From: Anaerolineae bacterium
GTDB taxonomy: Bacteria; Chloroflexota; Anaerolineae; Aggregatilineales; Ch27
NCBI GenBank assembly: GCA_013178165.1
Contig: JABLXG010000022.1
Coordinates: forward strand, 13,923-77,922
Length of the DNA stretch: 64,000 bases
Direction of reading: 5' to 3'
The position numbers and the translations under genes are program-made. The notes beneath the pieces are model-generated. The model was given only the letters and a program-made list of their open reading frames with translations, had not been told where the DNA came from and did no database searches. Shown here piece by piece: positions 1 to 10,695 of the stretch; position 1 is the first letter of the stretch; each line of letters starts with the position of its first letter.

Positions 1-747
1 AGTACCGAGGCGGACGGTTAGCACTGCCTGCCATGCCACGAATGGCAGAATAGCAAGTAGTCCGAATGTGAGGCCCGCTAGCCAGCGCCGCGAAGCCAGC
101 TCCCAGAGAACGATTCCGGCAGCAAAGATCAGGGCAGTTTCCTTAGCCAGCGTTGCCAGCGCACAGGCGACCGCCGCTAACCAGAAGCGGCCGTTTTCAC
201 GGAGCCAGATGGCGAGCAGTACCAGCCCGTAGGCCCACGGTTCACTGAGGCTGAGACGTATCGCCATCAGGATGCCGGGGAAAAGCCCGTAGATGAGCGC
301 ATACCAGCGACTCACCCCGCGAGCAATCAGCAGTGATTCCAGCAGGTAGACTCCCGCAATCAACGCTGCAAGATTCAGTGCGGGCAGCAGCCAAGGCAGC
401 AGATCAGCATTGCCGAAGGACAGCACAGCGGCCAGCGCCGGGAGAAGGATGCGCTGAAGGCGATATGCTGGCACGTCCAGCAGGGGCGCTGCGTCCCAGC
501 CATCACGGGCGATGAAGTAGGTGAATTGACCATCGTACCCTTCGGCGCCGGTGGGGTCATGTTCGGCGAAGCGGGTGCCCAGTGTGACAAAGGTCAGAGC
601 ATTGGAGTCGTGAATAAGGAAGACAGCAATCAGATACAGCAGCGCTGCCAGCAGGCAGATCATCCAGGGACGCCAGAGGTAGGCTGCTGCGGGCTGTCTG
701 GTGGCTATCTGGTGCATAAATCGCGCAACCCGGTGCGATACTGACAT
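1..747 (-). CDS. Polytopic membrane protein, putative GT-C-type glycosyltransferase / cell-surface glycopolymer formation protein (3' end truncated by the window)
   Basis: Read by hand on the minus strand from ATG at 747 (absent from the ORF track because there is no stop in the window): MSVSHRVARF...EGYDGQFTYFIARDGW...VPAYRLQRILLP...LSLSEPWAYGLVL...LAKETALIF. It has multiple hydrophobic segments, and the YDGQF/YRxQRIL motifs are typical of GT-C-like proteins. Confidence 0.6.
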   Translation of the reverse strand, partial: MSVSHRVARFMHQIATRQPAAAYLWRPWMICLLAALLYLIAVFLIHDSNALTFVTLGTRFAEHDPTGAEGYDGQFTYFIARDGWDAAPLLDVPAYRLQRILLPALAAVLSFGNADLLPWLLPALNLAALIAGVYLLESLLIARGVSRWYALIYGLFPGILMAIRLSLSEPWAYGLVLLAIWLRENGRFWLAAVACALATLAKETALIFAAGIVLWELASRRWLAGLTFGLLAILPFVAWQAVLTVRLGT

Positions 748-870
748 GTACGGATTGTATAGCCGCGCGGGCGCGCTCTGCAACCCTCCCCTGGAGGTGT
801 GGTAAAATGACCGTCTGCTGACTAACTGGGTTGATATTGAGGTATGGGCGGTCTGAAAGGCGAGGAGAGT

Positions 871-1794
871 ATGCCTGTTCCCGCATTGATTGTGCATGGC
901 GGTGCCGGGGATATCCCACCGGCGGAACATCAGGATTATCTGGCTGGCTGCCGTGTGGCGTTTGAAACTGGCTGGCGGTTATTGGAACGGGGACAGTCGG
1001 CGCTTGATGCGGTGGAAGCCGCCGTCCGCGAGATGGAGGACAACCCGACCTTTGACGCCGGCGTTGGCAGCGTGCTCAACTCTGAGGGTGAGATCGAGCT
1101 AGATGCCATGATCATGGATGGTGCGCAGTTGCGGCTGGGCGCAGTGGCAGCGGTACGTGGGATTGCCAACCCCGTGACACTGGCCCGGAGGATCATGGAG
1201 GAATCCGGGCACAATATTCTGGTGGGGGAGGGCGCTCGCCAGTATGCTGCCCGGATTGGCCTGCGCCTGTGCAGCCAGGCAGAACTGACGGTTCCGCGTG
1301 AAGTGGCACGCTATCGGGAATTTCAGCAGGCGGCGCTGCGGGCGCGCAAGCTGGCGCTGATCGGGCATGATACGGTGGGCGCAGTGGCCATGGATCAGTT
1401 TGGCAATATTGCAGCGGCTACCTCTACCGGCGGGATCGCCTTCAAGCTGCCGGGTCGCGTGGGCGATTCGCCGCTGGTTGGATCGGGCGCATATGCGGAC
1501 AATCTCTCCGGTGGCGCTTCGGCAACCGGACACGGGGAAGCGATCATGCGGGTGTTGTTGAGCAAGACCGCCACTGATGCAGTGGCATCAGGGCTTTCTG
1601 CGCAGGAGGCTGCCGATCGTGCCCTGCGAATCCTGCGCGATCGGGTTAACGGAGAAGGCGGTCTCATCGTGCTGGACAGAAATGGACATGTGGGCTTTGC
1701 TCATAACACGCCGTACATGGCGGTGGCGTGGCGTGGTCCTGAAGGCGCAATGCATGTGACGATGCAGGCCAACCCAGGACAAATGACGCGATAG
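871..1794 (+). CDS. iaaA: Isoaspartyl peptidase / L-asparaginase (Ntn-hydrolase, T2 family)
   Basis: Motifs IVHGGAG, autocleavage site GHD|TVGAVA, TSTGG, GRVGDSP, SATGHGE. ATG at 871 follows a GAGGAG RBS. Confidence 0.92.
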   Translation: MPVPALIVHGGAGDIPPAEHQDYLAGCRVAFETGWRLLERGQSALDAVEAAVREMEDNPTFDAGVGSVLNSEGEIELDAMIMDGAQLRLGAVAAVRGIANPVTLARRIMEESGHNILVGEGARQYAARIGLRLCSQAELTVPREVARYREFQQAALRARKLALIGHDTVGAVAMDQFGNIAAATSTGGIAFKLPGRVGDSPLVGSGAYADNLSGGASATGHGEAIMRVLLSKTATDAVASGLSAQEAADRALRILRDRVNGEGGLIVLDRNGHVGFAHNTPYMAVAWRGPEGAMHVTMQANPGQMTR

Positions 1795-1822
1795 CAGCGC
1801 GACCGTTTCCCGTCTGGCACTA

Positions 1823-1831
1823 TGGTATAAT
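1823..1831 (+). promoter_or_regulatory. Extended -10 promoter (TGgTATAAT) of rnpB
   Basis: TGGTATAAT ends about 9 nt upstream of the predicted RNase P RNA 5' end. Confidence 0.65.
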
Positions 1832-1839
1832 ACATGGGT

Positions 1840-2215
1840 GGTGGCTGAGTGGATCGGACGGTCGCGGCATGGTCTGACCATGACGAGGAAAGTCCGCACT
1901 CCACAGGGCGCGGTGCTGGCTAACGGCCAGGCAGGGTGACCTGACGGCATAGTGCCACAGAGAGGAAGATTGCCCGCGCCAGTAGGCGCGAGCGAGGGTG
2001 AAACGGTGCGGTAAGAGCGCACCGGCGTTGCTGACGACAGCAGCGGCCAGGCAAACCCCACCGGGAGCAAGGCCAAACAGGCGCGAGAGGCGGCCCGTCT
2101 CGTTTGAGCGTCGGGTAGGCTGCTTGACCCCGGCGGTAACGCCGGGGCTAGAGAGATGACCGTCGCTCCGTGTATGCGGAGTACAGAATGCGGCTTATAG
2201 ATCGACTTGGCCACC
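1840..2215 (+). ncRNA. rnpB: RNase P RNA, bacterial class A
   Basis: Universal motifs GAGGAAAGTCC (1885), AGTGCCACAGA, GGGTGAAACGGTGCGGTAAGAGCGCACC, GGCAAACCCC, CAGAATGCGGCTTAT (2184). The P1 ends pair (GGTGGC...GCCACC). Confidence 0.96.
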
Positions 2216-2240
2216 GCCGAAGTCTGATCGTGTAGCGGCA

Positions 2241-2275
2241 AACAGCCTGCAAGGGAATTCCAACCGCAGGCTGTT
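2241..2275. terminator. Hairpin between convergent rnpB and tpl
   Basis: Inverted repeat AACAGCCTGC...GCAGGCTGTT. Confidence 0.55.
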
Positions 2276-2300
2276 CCTGTGTGCAGGGCTGGCGTGGGAA

Positions 2301-4252
<1,952 letters not shown>

Positions 4253-4265
4253 GGCAATTCACGGT

Positions 4266-4313
4266 TTACAGTTATTCTGTAATTCAGTGTAGCACTGTTA
4301 ACTTATTCGTCAA
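4266..4313 (-). promoter_or_regulatory. sigma70-like promoter (TTGACG-16-TACACT) with a downstream palindromic operator TTACAG-N5-CTGTAA for lrp-tpl
   Basis: On the minus strand: -35 at 4313-4308, -10 at 4291-4286, and a perfect 6-bp inverted repeat at 4266-4282 in an AT-rich island. Confidence 0.55.
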
Positions 4314-4386
4314 ATGGCGGTCTGTGATTTTGCTTATTCATCTGGCGCAGTTACGCCGGCAAGGAAATATCTCCTCGCCGGCCAGG

Positions 4387-6129
4387 TCAGAAGCTCACCG
4401 CACCAAATAGCCGCCAGACCCAGATCATGCCCAGGGTAAGCAGCGCCACTCCAATAAAATCGAGCACGATCCCGCGGCGAAAGATTTCGCTGGTTTTGAA
4501 GAAACCGGTTGAGTACGCCATCATGGTTGGCGGCGTGCCGACCACCAGGGCGAAATCGATCGAAGAGGCAATGGCCACAACAACGACCAGCAGACGAGGA
4601 TCGATCTGCAGAATGCGAGCCAGAGGGATGGCCAATGGGATAAGCATTGCTGCGCAGGCTGTGTTGGAGATGAAAGCGCCGACCGCGACGGTCAATACGC
4701 CGATCAGAAAGATCACCACGATCTGCGGCAGATTCACCAGGCCGATCAGCTGAAGCGCTATCCAGTCAGAGACACCCGTGGTCACCAGTAAGCTCCCGAT
4801 GGACAGGCCGCCGCCAAACGTGAGCAGGGCGTCCCAGTTGATCCGGTTGAGATCGTCGCGGTGCAAGATTTCTGTAAAGAACAGGACCAGGGCGCCAGCC
4901 AGGGCGATAATCGAGGCGTGAATATTGTGTGTATTTTCGGTTAACCACAGCAGGACGACCACGATAAACACGGCGAAGATGATTTTCTGAGAGCGGTTCA
5001 GGGGGCCTAGTTCTTTGAGTTCCTGGATGTAGACACTTCGATCCAGTTCTGAACGAGCCGTGACTCGGAAGGTCAGGAGCAGATAGATCCAGATAGTCGG
5101 AACCATCACCACAACCAACGGCAGGCCATAGACGAACCAGTCGTTGAACGTCAGCTTGACCCCCACAAATTCGCTCAGGAAGGTCATGGCCAGGATGTTG
5201 GCAGGTGTGCCGATGGCTGAACCGATTCCGCCGATGGCCGCAGCATAGGCCACGCCCAGGATCAGGGCTTTGTGGAAACCGCCGGCTTGGGAATCCGGTA
5301 TCTTGTTCAGGATGGCCAGTGCGATAGGAATGATGATGGCAACCGCTGCTGTGTTAGACATCCACATGGAAAGGAAGGCGGTGATGGCCATCATTGACAA
5401 CATCAGGTAGGTCGGTTTGGTGCTGGCCCGCCGCAAGATCGACAGAGCCAGGAGACGATCGATTCCGGTGCGGCGCATTGCCTCGGCCATCAGGAAACCA
5501 GCCAGAAAAAGCACAACAATCTGGTGGAAGAATGGCTGCAAAACGGTAGCCGTATCCGTCACGCCGGTCACCACAATAACGACTGGAATCAGCAACGCCC
5601 CCGCCGCAAGGGGGACGATCTCGGTCAGCCAGATGGTGGCCACTGCAAAGAGCAGGCCGGTGGTGATGCGCGCATGGAAAGGGACGCGCATGGTGAAAAC
5701 GAGTGCTTCGCTGGCTCGATCTGTTGGCGGTAACACCTGTTCGTAGTTGGGGCCGCGGATGATTGAACTGGCGTGCTCAACAGGCAGAACTATTGGGGTG
5801 CCATCGTTGTCGGTCACCTCTACCTGATAGGTAATCCGTTCGCCCAGCCTGTAGGCATATTGGTCGCGACCACTAACACGGATGGTGTAAGGATCGGCTA
5901 TGCTTTCGGTGGTTTTCAGTTGCCCGGCACTGCTACCGAGGGTGAAATCCTGTGTAATGGTATGGACACCATCCGGCAAGTTCAGGGTGACTGTGGCTGA
6001 GTAGTTTCCCGGCGTCAGGTCGCTCGGCGCCAGAGCATAGCCAAAGAGGCCTAGCAAGAGGATCAGGCTGATGGTAAACCCTTTGCTATGCACGAGATTC
6101 GTTACCAAAAGCCGCGAACTTGTTGCCAT
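4387..6129 (-). CDS. DASS/SLC13 family anion:sodium symporter with an inserted ~120-aa soluble domain
   Basis: Signature motifs SMWMSNTAAV, GSAIGTPAN, FISNTACAAM and VVGTPPTMMAY. A hydrophilic beta-rich insert follows TM1. ATG at 6129 has an RBS. Confidence 0.88.
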   Translation of the reverse strand: MATSSRLLVTNLVHSKGFTISLILLLGLFGYALAPSDLTPGNYSATVTLNLPDGVHTITQDFTLGSSAGQLKTTESIADPYTIRVSGRDQYAYRLGERITYQVEVTDNDGTPIVLPVEHASSIIRGPNYEQVLPPTDRASEALVFTMRVPFHARITTGLLFAVATIWLTEIVPLAAGALLIPVVIVVTGVTDTATVLQPFFHQIVVLFLAGFLMAEAMRRTGIDRLLALSILRRASTKPTYLMLSMMAITAFLSMWMSNTAAVAIIIPIALAILNKIPDSQAGGFHKALILGVAYAAAIGGIGSAIGTPANILAMTFLSEFVGVKLTFNDWFVYGLPLVVVMVPTIWIYLLLTFRVTARSELDRSVYIQELKELGPLNRSQKIIFAVFIVVVLLWLTENTHNIHASIIALAGALVLFFTEILHRDDLNRINWDALLTFGGGLSIGSLLVTTGVSDWIALQLIGLVNLPQIVVIFLIGVLTVAVGAFISNTACAAMLIPLAIPLARILQIDPRLLVVVVAIASSIDFALVVGTPPTMMAYSTGFFKTSEIFRRGIVLDFIGVALLTLGMIWVWRLFGAVSF

Positions 6130-6563
6130 GCTCTTGATTCCCTCGTCCTTTCCTATCAGCAAAGCCAGGCAGTATTCCTCGCTGGCAGCCATCAGATGCT
6201 GCAGCGAACGCGGTACAGCTGAGGGTGGGAGCCACGGGCGGACATGACGAGATGGGGCACCACATTGCAGGGAGGACGTTGTAACCTGTGCGGAATGTCT
6301 CTGTATGGCCGGATCGCATGCCCGGTCAACCCGAAACCACGCTCAAGCCTGGAGATAAGTATGTGCGGTTTGCACAATCGGCGCAAGTTTTTAACTATGC
6401 ATGCTGCAATATGCAGAAGCGGAGCGACGGAATGCCGGGAATGAGCCGGCATGCAGGCTGGCCTTGAGGTAACTGACCACGCCTGTTTCTGGCGTAGGAG
6501 GTAGTTCCAGCCCTTGGCGATAATTTTGCCGCTAGTCCCCTGACGGCCCTTGGCTTCTTTGCA

Positions 6564-7542
6564 TGGCAATTAGCGGTGGCTACCGCAGTATTCTCAATAG
6601 AAATGCGACTCCGTGATAAAGTTGTTGTGGTTGCGAGACAAACAACCCAATCACAGGAGCCGCACGATGGACACTATAACACAGATTCAAGTGGCATGGG
6701 AATTGAAGAAGCCGGGCACAGGGCGGATGAGATTGCTGAGCAGCTGGGGAAGCATCGGGCGACGATCTATCGCTGGCTCAAAGGCATTCGGATGCGGGGC
6801 ATTCGGGGCTATGTGGCCTATTTCAAGCAGGCGAAGAAAGGACGCCGAGTGCGCAAGACGCCGGGCTATGTGGTGCAGCGGGTATTGAGTATCCGGCGGG
6901 AGTATCGCGACTGCTGCGGGGAGAAGGTCGTGTACGTGCTGGCGCAGGAAGGCATTGACCTCAGCCGCAGCACGGTCTATCGCATTCTCAAGCGCCATCT
7001 GGTCTTACGCAAGCATCACCGCCAGCCCGAGGGTGCGCCGGTGCAGCGTGCCACCGGACCGCGCCAGGTGGTGCAGGTCGATACCGTCAACCTGGGGGAG
7101 GTGTACGCCTACACGGCGATTGACACCTTCACCCGCGAAGCGGCGATTGTCATGCGCCCCTCCTTACAGGCCGCCGATGGCCGGGTTGCCCTGGAGCAGT
7201 TGATGGCGGTATTCGGGCGCGTGTCCCTCCTGCAAACCGATGGCGGGTCAGAATTCAAGCCGAGTGCGCTGAGGGCATGCATCGCTGGGCGGATCAGCAT
7301 CGTATCGCGCGGGCTTACAAGAAGAACGAACAGGCTTTCATTGAAGCCTTCAACGGCACGCTGCGCCGTGAGGAGTTTGGCGCTCTCAAGTTCCGGGGCG
7401 ATGAATTGGAGCTGGCCCAGCAGTATGCCGATGCTTTTCTCGACTACTATCACCACCGGCGCCCCCATCTCTCACTCGGCATGCTCACGCCCGCTCGTTT
7501 CGCTGAGTCGCATTTGCCTTGAGAGAATGCGGCTACTTGACA
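6564..7542 (+). mobile_element. IS481-like insertion sequence (~980 bp)
   Basis: Imperfect terminal inverted repeats: left TGGCAATTAGCGG...TCTCAATAGAAATGCGACTC (6564-6611); right end reverse-complemented TGTCAAGTAGCCG...TCTCAAGGCAAATGCGACTC, ending in ACA at 7542. It encloses a single HTH + rve transposase. No clear target-site duplication. Confidence 0.75.
6667..7522 (+). pseudogene. DDE/rve transposase with two -1 frameshifts
   Basis: Pieces join as MDTITQIQVAWEL (6667, frameshift ~6706), EAGHRADEIAEQLGKHRATIYRW...QVVQVDT...LQTDGGSEFK (frameshift ~7260), AECAEGMHRW...EQAFIEAFNGTLRREEF...RPHLSLGMLTP* (7522). Confidence 0.85.
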
Positions 7543-7565
7543 CACCTGCAAATCAGGCGTATAGT
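7537..7565 (+). promoter_or_regulatory. sigma70 promoter TTGACA-17-TATAGT upstream of the ROK/ABC operon, with the -35 inside the IS right end
   Basis: TTGACA at 7537-7542, exact 17-nt spacer, TATAGT at 7560-7565. Confidence 0.75.
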
Positions 7566-7573
7566 GTAGACAG

Positions 7574-7596
7574 CTTATTTCATTCAGTGAGAAAAG
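7574..7596. promoter_or_regulatory. Candidate ROK repressor operator 1
   Basis: CTTATTTCATTCAGTGAGAAAAG is an imperfect palindrome just downstream of the -10. Its reverse complement matches 8818-8840 at 17/23 positions. Confidence 0.55.
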
Positions 7597-7600
7597 TGGT

Positions 7601-8803
7601 GTGGGCAACATTCGGCGTGGTGATCGGGACCTCATCAAGGCCATGAATCGCAACCTTGTTCTCAATATGATTCGGCGTCGTGGCCCGCTATCCCGTACCA
7701 GGCTGACGGAAATCTCTGGACTCAGCGTTGGGGCGATCTCCCAGATTGTGGGCGAACTGCTGGATGATGGCTGGATCATCGAAGTAGGGGAGGGCGAATC
7801 TACCGGCGGGCGGCCCCAGATACTCCTTCGGCTCAATCCTACTGCGGGTTATGCTGTCGGCCTCAAGTTGATGGAAGACCGAATGGTTTGTGCTGTGACC
7901 AACCTGGAGGTCAGCGAGCAGCTTTATCTTGAGGCTCCGCTGACCAGCCGCGCACCACAGGACGTGGTTGTCGCTGTGAGCAATGCTGTGCGGCGCGCCA
8001 TCGTTGAGGCCGGCATCACCGTCAAGCAGGTGCTGGGTGTGGGGATCGGCCTGGCAGGCGTGGTCAACACTCGAACTGGCGTAGTGCATTATTCCCCGTT
8101 TTTTAAGTGGCATGAACTGCCCATTGGCGATGCAATCGCCGCCGAACTCAATCTGCCTGTTTTCATTTCGAATGATGTTAATACGCTGACCATCACCGAG
8201 CAGCTTTTTGGCGATGGACACGATTACGAGAATTTTGCTGTGGTGACTGTTGGGCGTGGTATTGGCATGGGGATAGTGCTGCACAACCAGCTTTACGAGG
8301 GCGGCCCCGGTGGCGCAGGCGAATTGGGCCATATCACCCTGGAGGTGGATGGTCCTCAGTGCGATTGCGGCAAACGTGGCTGTCTTGAGGCGCTTGCCGC
8401 TGATCCTGCTGTCCTCCGCCAGGTTCAGGCGGGATGGGGAGCGGAGCGGCGGGCGATCACCCTTACAGACGTTGTGGCGGCGGCAGAAGCAGGCGATCGA
8501 GTGGCCCAGGAAGCACTGGCAGCCAGTGGACGTTATATTGGTCGCGGTCTTTCCACGCTGGTCAATATGCTTTGCCCGGCGTTGATCATCATCAGCGGTG
8601 AGGGCGTGATCGCGGGTAATTACCGGCTGGGACCGGCGCTTGACGAGCTTCGCTCTCATAGCTTCAATGGCCTGTTTGAGCATGTGCGTATTCTTGTCAA
8701 GCCGGGCGACGATCGCACCTGGGCGCGTGGCGCCGCGGGCCTGGTGGTAGGCAAGGTCTTTGAGTCGCCACTGGTGGAATCCGCGCGGAAGATCGAAGTC
8801 TGA
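7601..8803 (+). CDS. ROK family transcriptional repressor
   Basis: N-terminal wHTH (LNMIRRRGPLSRTRLTEISGLS), GGRP motif, ROK core (ISNDVN, GRGIGMG, AGELGH, CDCGKRGCLE). Confidence 0.95.
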   Translation: MGNIRRGDRDLIKAMNRNLVLNMIRRRGPLSRTRLTEISGLSVGAISQIVGELLDDGWIIEVGEGESTGGRPQILLRLNPTAGYAVGLKLMEDRMVCAVTNLEVSEQLYLEAPLTSRAPQDVVVAVSNAVRRAIVEAGITVKQVLGVGIGLAGVVNTRTGVVHYSPFFKWHELPIGDAIAAELNLPVFISNDVNTLTITEQLFGDGHDYENFAVVTVGRGIGMGIVLHNQLYEGGPGGAGELGHITLEVDGPQCDCGKRGCLEALAADPAVLRQVQAGWGAERRAITLTDVVAAAEAGDRVAQEALAASGRYIGRGLSTLVNMLCPALIIISGEGVIAGNYRLGPALDELRSHSFNGLFEHVRILVKPGDDRTWARGAAGLVVGKVFESPLVESARKIEV

Positions 8804-8817
8804 TCTTTTTTGAATCG

Positions 8818-8840
8818 GTTTCTTTAGTGAGTGAAATAAG
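8818..8840. promoter_or_regulatory. Candidate ROK repressor operator 2
   Basis: GTTTCTTTAGTGAGTGAAATAAG lies between the ROK gene and the first permease and resembles operator 1. Confidence 0.5.
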
Positions 8841-8855
8841 CGTGGAGCGATTAGT

Positions 8856-9740
8856 ATGGTCGGTCAGAGTGGCGTCAAACGATGGGTATGGGTGATGCTC
8901 TTCCTGAGTCCGGGACTGCTGGGTTTACTCGTATTCATTGTCGGCCCAGTCATCTTTTCACTTGGGCTGACGACTTTCGAATGGAATCTGTTGACGCCCC
9001 CGCAGTTCATCGGCCTACAAAACTACGCTAGCCTGGGGCAAGACCCGCGCTTTTGGGCTGCGCTGGAACATACGGCGCTGTACACGGTGCTGTACGTCCC
9101 TGCGGTGATGGCCGTGGCCTTTATGCTGGCACTGCTGCTCAACCAACCATTGCGCGGACGGGCGTTCTTCCGGATGGCGTTTTACGTCCCAGTGGTCTCA
9201 TCTTGGGTGGCGGTCTCCATGATGTGGCGCTGGATCTTCAACCCCCAGTACGGGCTGATGAACTTTCTGCTGGGGCTACTGGGTATACAGGGGCCAGCCT
9301 GGTTATTCGACCCGGCGACCGCTCTATACGCCGTAGTGATTGCCAGTGTGTGGAAGGATTCAGGCTTCTCTACAGTGCTGTTTCTGGCGGGTCTGCAGGG
9401 CATTCCTCACGAGTATCAAGAGGCGGCGCAGATTGATGGGGCGAACGCCTTCCAGCGCCTGCGCTATATCACTCTCCCGCTGATCACGCCGACCGCCTTT
9501 TTTGTGCTGATCACCACCCTGATCGGGGCCTTCCAGGTCTTTGACCAGATGTACCTGATGCCGGTGGAATACGCGCAGCGCGGCACGACTGTCCTGGTGC
9601 AATTGATTGTCAACAACGCCTTTCGCTACCAGCGGATGGGGTATGCAGCTACGCTGTCGTGGGTCCTCTTCGCGGTGATCTTCGCTATTACGGTTGTCCA
9701 GCTCCGACTGCAGAAGCGATGGGTGTACTACGAGCTATGA
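8856..9740 (+). CDS. Carbohydrate ABC transporter permease (MalF-like)
   Basis: Six TM segments and EAA motif (GLQGIPHEYQEAAQIDGAN). Confidence 0.95.
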   Translation: MVGQSGVKRWVWVMLFLSPGLLGLLVFIVGPVIFSLGLTTFEWNLLTPPQFIGLQNYASLGQDPRFWAALEHTALYTVLYVPAVMAVAFMLALLLNQPLRGRAFFRMAFYVPVVSSWVAVSMMWRWIFNPQYGLMNFLLGLLGIQGPAWLFDPATALYAVVIASVWKDSGFSTVLFLAGLQGIPHEYQEAAQIDGANAFQRLRYITLPLITPTAFFVLITTLIGAFQVFDQMYLMPVEYAQRGTTVLVQLIVNNAFRYQRMGYAATLSWVLFAVIFAITVVQLRLQKRWVYYEL

Positions 9741-10651
9741 GCACCAGACCAGCTATAGAAACCAGGACGATTGCCATGCCGAACGCGATCACCCGGCTCA
9801 ATGTCATGCCTGTGCGTTCCAAATACCAGCTCGGGCGGCTGTTGCTGAGTGGCCTACAGTATACGGTACTGATCCTCATGACTCTGGTAATGCTGATCCC
9901 GTTCGCGTGGATGTTCAGCACGTCGCTCAAGACTGGGGAGTACATTCTGCGGACAGATTTTATTCCTAACCCGGCCTCGCTGGACAGCTACCGTCGTCTG
10001 TTCGAGATTATGCCGATGGGCCGTATGGTTCTCAACAGCGTGTTCATTACGGTTGTTGGCACAGTCGGCCAAATTCTCTTTGCCGCCATGAGCGCCTACG
10101 CCTTCGCCCGGATGAAATGGCGGGGCCGGAACACCGTCTTCACCCTGTACCTGGCGACCATGATGATCCCATACCAGGTTGTGGTCATCCCGCAGTTCAT
10201 TATGGTCAGCAAGCTGGGCTGGGTTAACTCCTATCCTGCCCTGATCGCCCCAAGTCTGTTTAGCGCGTTCGCCACCTTTCTGCTGCGACAGGCATTCCTG
10301 ACTATCCCGAACGAGCTAGAAGAAGCAGCAGTCATGGATGGAGCAAACCATCTGACGATCTTTTGGCGGGTCATGCTGCCGCTGGTAAAGCCGGTGCTAG
10401 CGACGCTGACGGTCTTTACGTTCATGAGCATCTGGAACGCTTACCTGTGGCCATTGTTCGTGGCCCGTAAGCAGGAGTTCATGACCCTTCCTTTGGGCTT
10501 GGCCACGCTGCAGGGCAGCAACGAATCCCTGACAGAGTGGAATCTAGTCATGGCCGGTGCTGTGGTGACGGTGCTGCCTATTCTGGTGATCTACCTGTTC
10601 GCCCAGGAGTGGTTTGTGCAGGGAGCCGTTATCAGTGGCATCAAAGGCTAG
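9737..10651 (+). CDS. Carbohydrate ABC transporter permease (MalG-like)
   Basis: EAA motif IPNELEEAAVMDGA. The ATG overlaps the upstream stop (ATGA). Confidence 0.95.
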   Translation: MSTRPAIETRTIAMPNAITRLNVMPVRSKYQLGRLLLSGLQYTVLILMTLVMLIPFAWMFSTSLKTGEYILRTDFIPNPASLDSYRRLFEIMPMGRMVLNSVFITVVGTVGQILFAAMSAYAFARMKWRGRNTVFTLYLATMMIPYQVVVIPQFIMVSKLGWVNSYPALIAPSLFSAFATFLLRQAFLTIPNELEEAAVMDGANHLTIFWRVMLPLVKPVLATLTVFTFMSIWNAYLWPLFVARKQEFMTLPLGLATLQGSNESLTEWNLVMAGAVVTVLPILVIYLFAQEWFVQGAVISGIKG

Positions 10652-10695
10652 CGCATTGCGCTCTCGCTAGACGTAGGAGTAAAAGGAGAAGCTGC

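Noticed and set aside
6554-6563. Target-site duplication for the IS
   Set aside because: The left flank (CTTCTTTGCA) and right flank (CACCTGCAAA) share no convincing direct repeat.
6700-6715. Programmed -1 ribosomal frameshift in the transposase
   Set aside because: No X XXY YYZ or A AAA AAG slippery site or stimulatory structure is present, and a second independent frameshift also exists.
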